Below are positions 16,889 through 24,600 of a stretch of 64,000 nucleotides of DNA, one piece after another. This DNA is from Candidatus Krumholzibacteriota bacterium (GTDB lineage Bacteria > Krumholzibacteriota > Krumholzibacteriia > JAJRXK01). The notes under the pieces are model-generated. The model searched no databases. It had not been told where the DNA came from and worked only from the letters and a program-made list of their open reading frames with translations. The stretch lies in contig JAJDAC010000031.1 of the NCBI GenBank assembly GCA_029262065.1, forward strand, positions 1-64,000. Direction: 5' to 3'. The position numbers and the translations under genes were made by a program. Positions within the stretch are counted from its first letter, which is position 1. Every line of letters begins with the position of its first letter.

Positions 16889-17403
16889 ACCAGCCGGCGG
16901 GAAGGAGTTCGTTGGGTCGATCGTTCTGTGACCGGTCGCGGCACCATCTGGAGCGAGAGTATCTACCTCGATTGCGAGTCGCGGTGGAGAAGCTGGGCCC
17001 CGCCGACATCTGGTGGCGACCCCATGAGGGCACGAACAGCGTGGGCAACCTGCTGCTGCACCTGGAGGGCAACGTTCGCCAATGGATCCTGGCGGGTGTC
17101 GGTGGCGAGGCCGACCATCGACGGCGCGCGACCGAATTCTCAGCGCGTGAAGGGGCCGACGTGGACACGTTGCTGGACGCGCTCGAAGCCACGGTGGTGG
17201 CGGCCGGTCGCGTGTTCGACGGCCTGAGCGACGAGAATCTTGCGCGTCCCGTGGAGATCCAGGGGTTCGAAGTAACCGTGATGCAGGCGATCTATCACGT
17301 GGTGGAACACTTCGCCTGGCACACAGGCCAGGTTACGTGGATGGCCAAATTGCGGGCCGGTCCTGGGCACGGTTTGGCGTTCTACGACGATTCCAAGCTC
17401 TAG
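16885..17403 (+). CDS. DinB/YfiT-like (DinB_2) four-helix-bundle metal-dependent protein.
   Basis: The real start is ATG 16885 (MNQPAGRSSL...), overlapping the DUF3052 stop by 4 nt (ATGA). Motifs WRPHEGTNSVGNLLLHLEGNVRQWI and HVVEHFAWHTGQVTWMAKL are typical of the DinB family. Confidence 0.75.
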   Translation: MNQPAGRSSLGRSFCDRSRHHLEREYLPRLRVAVEKLGPADIWWRPHEGTNSVGNLLLHLEGNVRQWILAGVGGEADHRRRATEFSAREGADVDTLLDALEATVVAAGRVFDGLSDENLARPVEIQGFEVTVMQAIYHVVEHFAWHTGQVTWMAKLRAGPGHGLAFYDDSKL

Positions 17404-17627
17404 CGCGGTGCCGGGAACTGCCCCTTTTGACGGCGAATTGTCATGCGCGAGTCCGTGATCTTCACGCTTTTCCGCGAAATTCGAACGAATTCGGCCATCT
17501 AGTAGTTGCAAAACCCCGCGAAACCCCGTAAACAGCCTGCACTAGCGATATGGCGGAAAGCCAGCCCCGCGTATTCGGCCCTCGCGACCGAAAATCAAGG
17601 CGAGGCGCCGACCTGATTCACACGACC

Positions 17628-17633
17628 AAGGAG
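17628..17633 (+). promoter_or_regulatory. Shine-Dalgarno AAGGAG, 9 nt upstream of the histone-fold gene start.
   Basis: AAGGAGattcagaccATG. This is a strong ribosome-binding site in a genome where many genes have weak or no obvious SD. Confidence 0.4.
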
Positions 17634-17642
17634 ATTCAGACC

Positions 17643-17891
17643 ATGGCCAAGAAGGCTGCCAAGAAGAAGGCCAAGAAGAAGACCGCACGACGCAAGAAGG
17701 CTCCCACCATGGAAATGCTGCTCGTAGGTAGCAAGACCAAGGCGGCGTTGAAGGAGGGCGGCGTGAATGTCGCCTCCGACGCGCTCGAGGGCTTGAACGG
17801 TATCGTCTACTGGTACCTGGATCAGGCGACCAAGCGCGCTGCCGCCAACGGGCGCAAGACCGTTCGCGCGCACGATTTCGTGATCATGTAG
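17643..17891 (+). CDS. Bacterial histone-fold (HMf-like) protein with an N-terminal lysine-rich tail.
   Basis: 82 aa. MAKKAAKKKAKKKTARRKKAPT, then MEMLLVGSKTKAALKEGGVNVASDALEGLNGIVYWYLDQATKRAAANGRKTVRAHDFVIM. The core aligns with archaeal HMfB (RVSDDARITLAKILEE...ASEAIKLARHAGRKTIKAEDIELA), sharing VS/ADDA...L...A...A..GRKT(I/V)(K/R)A.D. The track ORF starts upstream at 17550; I prefer ATG 17643 with its SD. Confidence 0.55.
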   Translation: MAKKAAKKKAKKKTARRKKAPTMEMLLVGSKTKAALKEGGVNVASDALEGLNGIVYWYLDQATKRAAANGRKTVRAHDFVIM

Positions 17892-17906
17892 GTCCACTGG
17901 ACCTAC
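17888..17906 (+). terminator. Putative stem-loop immediately 3' of the histone-fold gene (no U-tract).
   Basis: Inverted repeat GTAGGTCCA-c-TGGACCTAC, with 9-nt arms. The stem includes the TAG stop codon. It is followed by GC-rich sequence rather than a T-run. Confidence 0.3.
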
Positions 17907-18103
17907 CGTCATCGGGGTGCGGCCTCTTTCGAGCGGCCACGCCCCGTGACGACTCTTTCCTCCAGAGCCGCTCCGCCCCGATGCCCCTGCCACCACCGAC
18001 ATCAACTTCTTCAGCCTCCGCGCCCACAAAGTGCGCGGGGTGCTATTGTCCTCGGGCGATGGCAGTCGTAGACTCTGCCTGAAGCGAGGGCGCTGTGCTC
18101 TCG

Positions 18104-18628
18104 ATGACCCGACGGCTCGCCCGGGGAGGCGCCGTGACCGAAACGAAACCCGACGGATCCCGCTCAGTTGTACAAGCGTTGCGGGCAGAAAAGGTCAGTC
18201 AGCTGATGACCGCGCCGGCGTTGGCCGTGGGCGAGTCCTCGACCGTGCTCGAAGCCCTCAACGAAATGCGATCGGCGCAGGTGGGGTGCACGCTGGTCAC
18301 CGATGGTGATGACCGGATTCGAGGGATATTCACCGAACGCGATCATCTGGAGAAGATCGCGGGCCGGTCCGATCGCCTGCGGGAACCCATTACCTCGCAC
18401 ATGACCCCCGCTCCGGCGGTGGTCGGTCCTGAAGCCTCGGTGGGCGAACTTCTTTCGGTCATGTCGGCGGGCGGATTTCGCCACATTCCCGTGGTCAGTG
18501 ACGATCGGATCGTGGGCATCGTCAGTGCCCTGGATATCGTGAAGTACATAGCTGACCTGTTCCCCTCCGAGGTATACAACTTGCCTCCCGACTTCGACCA
18601 GGTCATGCCCAGGGTCGAAGGGGCCTGA
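18104..18628 (+). CDS. CBS-domain pair protein.
   Basis: There are two CBS repeats (VSQLMTAPALAVGESSTVLEALNEM...IRGIFTERD and ITSHMTPAPAVVGPEASVGELLSVMSAGGFRHIPVV...IVGIVSALDI). A GTG alternative start lies at 18095. Confidence 0.75.
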   Translation: MTRRLARGGAVTETKPDGSRSVVQALRAEKVSQLMTAPALAVGESSTVLEALNEMRSAQVGCTLVTDGDDRIRGIFTERDHLEKIAGRSDRLREPITSHMTPAPAVVGPEASVGELLSVMSAGGFRHIPVVSDDRIVGIVSALDIVKYIADLFPSEVYNLPPDFDQVMPRVEGA

Positions 18629-18679
18629 TCGAAACCACGGTCGAAGATTCCATCGAACACTTGAGAGGATTTGCGAACG

Positions 18680-20536
18680 ATGGCTGACAACGTTGCCGAA
18701 GAACTTCAGAGCGTAACCATTCGATTCGCCGGTGATTCCGGCGATGGCATGCAGCTCACCGGCAATCGCTTTACCGATACCGCAGCTCTCATTGGCAACG
18801 ACGTTGCCACGTTCCCCGACTTCCCGGCCGAGATCCGGGCCCCAGCCGGGTCGCTACCGGGCGTGAGTGGATTTCAGGTGCAGTTCAGCTCACTGGATAT
18901 CCACACCCCCGGCGATCGTCCCGACGTGTTGGTGGCCATGAACCCCGCGGCGTTGAAGACCAACCTGGCCGATCTGCCCAAGGCGGGCACGATCTTCTGC
19001 AACAAGGATGGCTTTTCGAAGGCCAACCTGAAGCTGGCCGGATACACCAGCAATCCGCTGGAAGATGGCACGCTCGAGGGCTACAAGGTCTACAGCATGC
19101 CCATGAGTTCGCTCACCCAGAAGGCGGTGGAGGAACTGAAGCTCGGGCGCAAGGTGGCCGATCGCTGCAAGAATTTCTTCGCACTAGGCGTAATGTTCTG
19201 GCTGTACGAGCGCCCGCTCGAGCCCACGATCGAGTGGATCGATTCCAAGTTCGGCAAGAAGCCGGAAATCGCCGACGCCAATCGCCGCGCCCTTCGCGCG
19301 GGACACAACTACGCCAATACGCTGGAGCTCCTGCCTCATACGTATCGGATCGAGAAGGCGCAGCTGGACCCCGGCACCTATCGGAGCATCGCGGGTAACG
19401 AGGCCCTTTCGCTGGGTCTGGTCGCCGCGGCCAGGGTCTCGGGTCAGAATCTCTTCTACGGCAGCTATCCCATCACGCCGGCCAGTGACATCCTGCACGA
19501 ACTGTCGCGGCACAAGAATTTCGGTGTGAAGACCTTCCAGGCCGAGGACGAGATCGCGGCCATCGGCGCGGCGATTGGCGCTTCCTTTGGTGGCGCCATT
19601 GCCGTAACCGGGACCAGTGGGCCGGGTATCTGCCTGAAAAGCGAAGCCATGGGGTTGGCGGTCATGGCCGAGCTCCCCCTGGTGATCGTGAACATCCAAC
19701 GCGGTGGACCCAGTACGGGGTTGCCCACCAAGACCGAACAGGCCGACTATCTTCAGGTCATGTACGGGCGCAACGGCGAAAGTCCCATGCCCGTACTGGC
19801 TCCTTCGACCCCCGCGGACTGTTTCTGGATTGCCTTCGAGGCGGTGCGCATCGCGGTGAAATACATGACCCCGGTCATCGTGCTTTCCGACGGGTACCTG
19901 GCCAACGGAGCCGAGCCCTGGAGCATCCCCAGCGCCAGCGACCTACCGAAGATTCCCGTGAGCTTTGCCGATCCCGCATCGCTGAATGGGGATGAGTTCA
20001 TGCCCTATGGCCGCGACAAGAAGACGCTGGCGCGCCCGTGGGCGATTCCCGGAACCGCCGGACTCGAGCATCGGGTTGGCGGGTTGGAGAAGGCCGACGG
20101 CACCGGAAACGTGAGCTACGACCCCCAGAACCATCACCACATGGTCATGACCCGGGCCGAGAAGGTTGCGCGCGTGGCCCAGGACATCGAGCCTCTTCAG
20201 GTCCGTGGACCCGAGCAGGGAGACCTGTTGATGCTTGGTTGGGGCGGAACCTACGGCGCCATCCGTACGGCGGCCGACGCGTTGCGCAACCAGGGCTTGT
20301 CGGTGGCGCATGCGCATCTGCGTCATCTGAACCCGTTTCCGACCAATCTTGGGGACGTGTTGAAGAGCTATGACCGCGTGCTGATTCCCGAGCTGAACAA
20401 CGGGCAACTCAGCCTTCTCATTCGCGCCACGTTCCTGATCGATGCCATCGGCATGAACAAGGTCGCGGGACAGCCCTTCCGCGTGTCGGAGTTGGTTGAG
20501 AAGGCCCGAGAAGTCCTGAATCTGAAGACCGCCTGA
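18680..20536 (+). CDS. korA: 2-oxoacid:ferredoxin oxidoreductase alpha subunit (two-subunit KorAB type; likely 2-oxoglutarate).
   Basis: 619 aa from ATG 18680, with GAGAGGA 9 nt upstream. N-terminus SVTIRFAGDSGDGMQLTGNRFTDT plus gamma/alpha domains (GSYPITPASDILHEL, GPGICLKSEAMGLAVMAELPLVIVNIQRGGPSTGLPTKTEQAD). Confidence 0.9.
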   Translation: MADNVAEELQSVTIRFAGDSGDGMQLTGNRFTDTAALIGNDVATFPDFPAEIRAPAGSLPGVSGFQVQFSSLDIHTPGDRPDVLVAMNPAALKTNLADLPKAGTIFCNKDGFSKANLKLAGYTSNPLEDGTLEGYKVYSMPMSSLTQKAVEELKLGRKVADRCKNFFALGVMFWLYERPLEPTIEWIDSKFGKKPEIADANRRALRAGHNYANTLELLPHTYRIEKAQLDPGTYRSIAGNEALSLGLVAAARVSGQNLFYGSYPITPASDILHELSRHKNFGVKTFQAEDEIAAIGAAIGASFGGAIAVTGTSGPGICLKSEAMGLAVMAELPLVIVNIQRGGPSTGLPTKTEQADYLQVMYGRNGESPMPVLAPSTPADCFWIAFEAVRIAVKYMTPVIVLSDGYLANGAEPWSIPSASDLPKIPVSFADPASLNGDEFMPYGRDKKTLARPWAIPGTAGLEHRVGGLEKADGTGNVSYDPQNHHHMVMTRAEKVARVAQDIEPLQVRGPEQGDLLMLGWGGTYGAIRTAADALRNQGLSVAHAHLRHLNPFPTNLGDVLKSYDRVLIPELNNGQLSLLIRATFLIDAIGMNKVAGQPFRVSELVEKAREVLNLKTA

Positions 20537-20601
20537 CCGGACCACGTAGTACCAGATCTGCGCCTATCCCCGAGCGAGACCAAGAGAGGATTCCACCCGC
20601 C

Positions 20602-21630
20602 ATGAGTACGACAACCCCGGTGGCCCCTGACTCACCTCAACTCACCCGCAAGGACTTCGTGTCCGACCAGGAAGTGCGTTGGTGCCCAGGCTGTGGCGAC
20701 TACGCCATCCTGGCGCAGGTGCAGAAGGTCATGCCGGAATTGGGAATACCGCGCGAGAACGTGGTGTTCATCAGCGGCATCGGTTGTTCAAGCCGATTTC
20801 CCTACTACATGAACACGTACGGCTTCCACTCGATTCACGGCCGGGCCATGACGCTGGCATCGGGTCTGAAGATCTCGCGGCCGGAATTGAGCGTGTGGGT
20901 CATCACCGGTGACGGCGATGCGCTGTCGATCGGCGGTAACCACTTCCTGCACACTCTGCGGCGCAACATGGATCTGAACATCATCATGTTCAACAACCGT
21001 ATCTATGGCCTGACCAAGGGTCAGTATTCGCCGACGTCCGAGACCGGAAAGCGTACCAAGTCCACGCCGCAGGGCTCGATCGATCACCCCATCAACCCCG
21101 TGCGCGCGGCCATCGCCGCCGAGGCCACGTGGGTCGGTCGGTCGGTCGACGTGGATACCAAGCACCTGCCGATGATGGTCAAGGAAATGGCCGCGCACAA
21201 AGGCGTGGGATTCCTCGAGGTCTACCAGAATTGCAACATCTTCAACGACAAGGCTTTCGAGCAGTTCACGGCCAAGTCGGAACGGCCCGATCGCATGCTC
21301 TACATCGAACCGGGCAAGCCGCTGCGGTTTGGCAAGGAGCAGGAAAAAGGGATTCGCGTTGTGAATCATCGTCCCGAGGTGGTAACCCTGGGCGAGAACG
21401 GCGTGACCGAGCAGGATCTGCTGGTGTACGACAACACCGATTCGACCCTGGCCTACATGATCTCGGCCCTGGACCTGCCCGAGTTCCCGGTGCCCGTGGG
21501 CACGTTCCTGAACCTGCAGCGTGAGACCTACGAAGGTGCCTTGACCGCGCAGATTGCCGGCGAGAAAGCCAAGGGTGACGGTGACCTGCAGGGTCTGCTG
21601 AACGGGACCAGTACATGGACCGTTTCCTGA
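20602..21630 (+). CDS. korB: 2-oxoacid:ferredoxin oxidoreductase beta subunit (TPP-binding).
   Basis: WCPGCGDYAIL...ISGIGCSSRFPYYMNTYGFHSIHGRA...VITGDGDALSIGGNHFLHTLRRNMDLNIIMFNNRIYGLTKGQ is the canonical KorB/OorB TPP-subunit pattern. Confidence 0.9.
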   Translation: MSTTTPVAPDSPQLTRKDFVSDQEVRWCPGCGDYAILAQVQKVMPELGIPRENVVFISGIGCSSRFPYYMNTYGFHSIHGRAMTLASGLKISRPELSVWVITGDGDALSIGGNHFLHTLRRNMDLNIIMFNNRIYGLTKGQYSPTSETGKRTKSTPQGSIDHPINPVRAAIAAEATWVGRSVDVDTKHLPMMVKEMAAHKGVGFLEVYQNCNIFNDKAFEQFTAKSERPDRMLYIEPGKPLRFGKEQEKGIRVVNHRPEVVTLGENGVTEQDLLVYDNTDSTLAYMISALDLPEFPVPVGTFLNLQRETYEGALTAQIAGEKAKGDGDLQGLLNGTSTWTVS

Positions 21631-21671
21631 TCGGCACCTAGACGAAAAACGTATCCTAGTGGGGGGTTGCG

Positions 21672-22178
21672 ATGAAGTGTCCGTATTGCAGTCACGAGAA
21701 CATCGCGGGCGTGTCCCTCTGCGAAGATTGCGGCCAGGATCTCACGGCGGTCGGTGACGGTGAGCCTACCGGTCGTCTGCATGGCGCGGTTCTGGACACG
21801 TTGGGCGACGTAGGAATCCTCGACCCCATCGTCATTGCCCCCGCAAAGTCGGTGGCCGACGCGGTTGCCATCATGCGCGAGAAGCGACACGGCTCGGTTA
21901 CCGTTGTCGACGAGGGCAACGTCGTGGGCATCTTCACCGAGCGGGACCTCCTGATCCGGGTGGATCCGCAGGCCGACCTGAAGTCGATCCAGGTGGCGGA
22001 TGTGATGACGCATTCGCCCCGCACCTACCAGTCCAAGACCACGGTCTCCTACGCGCTGAACGGCATGGCCATACGAGGCCACCGGCACCTGCCCATTGTC
22101 AGTGGCAAGGGTGCATTGCGTGGATTCGTGTCGGTGCGCAAACTTCTGGCGCACATCCAGCGTAAGGTTGACCTGTAG
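21672..22178 (+). CDS. CBS-domain pair protein with an N-terminal zinc ribbon.
   Basis: MKCPYCSHENIAGVSLCEDCGQDL is a CPxC...CxxC zinc ribbon. It is followed by two CBS repeats (IVIAPAKSVADAVAIMREKRHGSVTVVD...VVGIFTERD; VMTHSPRTYQSKTTVSYALNGMAIRGHRHLPIV). Confidence 0.7.
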   Translation: MKCPYCSHENIAGVSLCEDCGQDLTAVGDGEPTGRLHGAVLDTLGDVGILDPIVIAPAKSVADAVAIMREKRHGSVTVVDEGNVVGIFTERDLLIRVDPQADLKSIQVADVMTHSPRTYQSKTTVSYALNGMAIRGHRHLPIVSGKGALRGFVSVRKLLAHIQRKVDL

Positions 22179-22188
22179 ACCAGGTTTC

Positions 22189-23652
22189 ATGTCCACCATC
22201 TCCACCGATACCCTGCTCGAGTTCCGGCGCCTGCACGTGGCCGTGGTGGGTGACTTCTATCTGGATGAGTACGTCACCTGCCATCCCATTGGTATCTCAC
22301 CCGAAATGCCCGTGCTGCGCACCACCGAGGGCGCGCGTACATTGGCGCCTGGCTGCGCGGGAAACGTGGCCGCCAATCTGGCGGCGCTGGGAGCCAAGGT
22401 CACGTGTTTCGGTGCGGTAGGGCAGGACGCGCACGGTGACGCGTTTCTCGAATTGCTGCAAGCACACGGGCTGGACGTGTCGGGCATGATCCGACGCGAC
22501 GACTCCCGCACCGGCGTTTTCACTCGGATCGTGTTGGCCGGCGGCGACGGTTCGTCGCAACACCTGGTGCGTATCGACAATGAACCGGCCACCATGACCG
22601 CCGCGCAGCGCAAGTCATTGTCGAGTACGTTGCTTGAGCGACAAGGTGAGTTCGACGCCATCTTCGTTTCCGACTACGACGAAACCGGCGAAGATCGCGG
22701 GATCGCGGGGCCGCAGCTGGCGCATGCGTTGCGCCAGGGTGTAACCATCGATCGTCCACGTCTCGTGGGATCGTCCCGCTTGCGCCCCGAGATGTTCAAC
22801 GGCTTCGATATGTTGTTCGCCAACCGGGAAGAAGCGGCTCGGCTGGGGGCTGGGTCGATGACCGACCTTCGCCAGGAACATGCTCTCGATCTGCTATGCA
22901 CCACCGCGGGCGCCGAAGGCGCCACGGTGACCGACGAAGCGGGCAGTGTGGTGTCACCTTCGCTCACGCGCGATCTGGTCGATCCCTGCGGCGCGGGAGA
23001 CGCTTTTGCTTCGGCATTTTTGTTGTCCTCTTTGTCGGGGCTGGCGAACGTGCCGGCGGCCGCGGTGGCCAATACGGCCGCCGCCATTGCGGTCAGCCGC
23101 CCCGGCACGGTCGTGGTTACACAAGAAGATCTCATGGGTGAGCTTCGTTTTCACGGGGCGGGCGGCGGCAAGCTGGTTTTGCTCGACGCCCTGGTCGAGC
23201 ACCTGGAGTCGCGTCGGGCGCGCAAGAAGATTGTCTTCACCAACGGCTACTTCGATCTCTTCCATTCGGGTCACGTTCATCTGTTGCGCGAGGCCCGGGC
23301 GCTAGGGGACATGCTGGTGGTAGGTATCAACAGCGATCGTTCGGCGCGTGAAAACAAGGGCGAGGGGCGCCCGGTGCTCGACGAAACCGAACGAATCCAG
23401 ATTCTGGCCTCGCTCGAGCAAGTGGATTTCGTGGTGGTGTTCGAGGAACTCACACCCATCAACGTCATCCGGCGCGTTTTGCCTCACGTGCTGGTAAAAG
23501 GTGGTAACTACGCCCCCGAAGATGTGGTCGGGCGCGAAGTCGTGGAGGCCGCGGGCGGCACCGTGCGCGTGATTCCCTACCAGGGAGACGTCAGCACGAC
23601 CAACCTGATTCGCTCGATCAAGAAAGCCTCCGACGGGACTCGCGGGCAGTGA
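22189..23652 (+). CDS. hldE: Bifunctional D-glycero-beta-D-manno-heptose-7-phosphate kinase / heptose-1-phosphate adenylyltransferase.
   Basis: N-terminal ribokinase-like domain (VAVVGDFYLDEYV...NVAANLAALGAKV...DPCGAGDAF). C-terminal cytidylyltransferase domain (IVFTNGYFDLFHSGHVHLLREARALGDMLVVGINSD). The true ATG is 22189; the track ORF start at 22096 overlaps the CBS gene. Confidence 0.85.
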   Translation: MSTISTDTLLEFRRLHVAVVGDFYLDEYVTCHPIGISPEMPVLRTTEGARTLAPGCAGNVAANLAALGAKVTCFGAVGQDAHGDAFLELLQAHGLDVSGMIRRDDSRTGVFTRIVLAGGDGSSQHLVRIDNEPATMTAAQRKSLSSTLLERQGEFDAIFVSDYDETGEDRGIAGPQLAHALRQGVTIDRPRLVGSSRLRPEMFNGFDMLFANREEAARLGAGSMTDLRQEHALDLLCTTAGAEGATVTDEAGSVVSPSLTRDLVDPCGAGDAFASAFLLSSLSGLANVPAAAVANTAAAIAVSRPGTVVVTQEDLMGELRFHGAGGGKLVLLDALVEHLESRRARKKIVFTNGYFDLFHSGHVHLLREARALGDMLVVGINSDRSARENKGEGRPVLDETERIQILASLEQVDFVVVFEELTPINVIRRVLPHVLVKGGNYAPEDVVGREVVEAAGGTVRVIPYQGDVSTTNLIRSIKKASDGTRGQ

Positions 23653-24563
23653 AGTCCCACGACCGCGATCGGGAAACCCATTTCGCAGTAATCGACAAGT
23701 TCATCGACCTGGCCGATCTTCCTTCCGACGAGGCGGCCATGTTGAAGGTCGAATTGCAGCGCTACATGCGCGTGCGGCTGGACCGAGGTCACTGGATCGA
23801 GCCCGAGATCACCCGTTTCCACACGTCCTGGTATCGCGAGTTCTACCGGTTGGTGGGCCAGCGCGATCCCTACATCAAGGCCAAGAATGTCTCCAACGAC
23901 GTGGCGAGGTCCATTCTCGACCGCATCGATGTGGGCACACTCCGCCGCGCCGTGCTGGCGTCGATCGTGGCCAACAACCTGGACTACGGGGTGTACCGCT
24001 TCGACGAGGGTACGTTGCCCATTACGGCCACTGACTTTGCCGATCTCGATGGACTCGAGTTGGGATTCGATCACTACGATGAACTCGAGTCGGGGCTCGA
24101 GCGAGCGTCGTCGTTGCTGTACCTGCCCGACAACAACGGTGAGGTTGAATTCGACCGGCACGTCCTGGAGCGGATTACCGAGCGCTGGCCCGACCTGGAA
24201 GTGACCATCGCCGGCAAGCACGAGCCCATGCTCAACGATGTCACGGTGGATGAATTGCGCGATCTGGGTTTCGAGGGGTTTGGCCGGGTCATGTCCACGG
24301 GCAGCAATTGTTTCGGCCTGCCGCCCGACGAGATCAGCGACGAGATGCACCGCGCGGTGGGCGAGAGCGATTTGATCATCGCCAAGGGTCAGGCGTACCT
24401 GGAATTCTTCACCGAGTACGCCATCGACCGCGTCGTGCATCTGGCCCACGCGAAGATCGACGTGGTCGATCCTCAACTTCCCCTGATCGAAGCCGGCTGC
24501 GATATCATTCTTCACTCGCGGCACTACGCGGCGGACAAGCCGGCCTATCCCGTCTTCGGTTGA
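23649..24563 (+). CDS. DUF89 / ARMT1-like metal-dependent sugar-phosphate phosphatase ('damage-control phosphatase').
   Basis: 304 aa. The GTG start overlaps the hldE stop (GTGA). Globular composition. It contains LIIAKGQAYLEFF, which resembles the DUF89 C-terminal motif. The 371-aa ORF on the opposite strand (23577..24692) is an antisense artefact. Confidence 0.65.
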   Translation: MKSHDRDRETHFAVIDKFIDLADLPSDEAAMLKVELQRYMRVRLDRGHWIEPEITRFHTSWYREFYRLVGQRDPYIKAKNVSNDVARSILDRIDVGTLRRAVLASIVANNLDYGVYRFDEGTLPITATDFADLDGLELGFDHYDELESGLERASSLLYLPDNNGEVEFDRHVLERITERWPDLEVTIAGKHEPMLNDVTVDELRDLGFEGFGRVMSTGSNCFGLPPDEISDEMHRAVGESDLIIAKGQAYLEFFTEYAIDRVVHLAHAKIDVVDPQLPLIEAGCDIILHSRHYAADKPAYPVFG

Positions 24564-24600
24564 TCTGAGCCGGTCACCTTCGAGTTGGAGAGGCGCGCCC

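Noticed and set aside
17500-17540. Sigma-70-like promoter TTGCAA-N17-TAAACA upstream of the histone-fold gene.
   Set aside because: Only 3 of 6 positions match the -10 consensus, and the promoter consensus for this lineage is unknown. It is not supportable as a feature.
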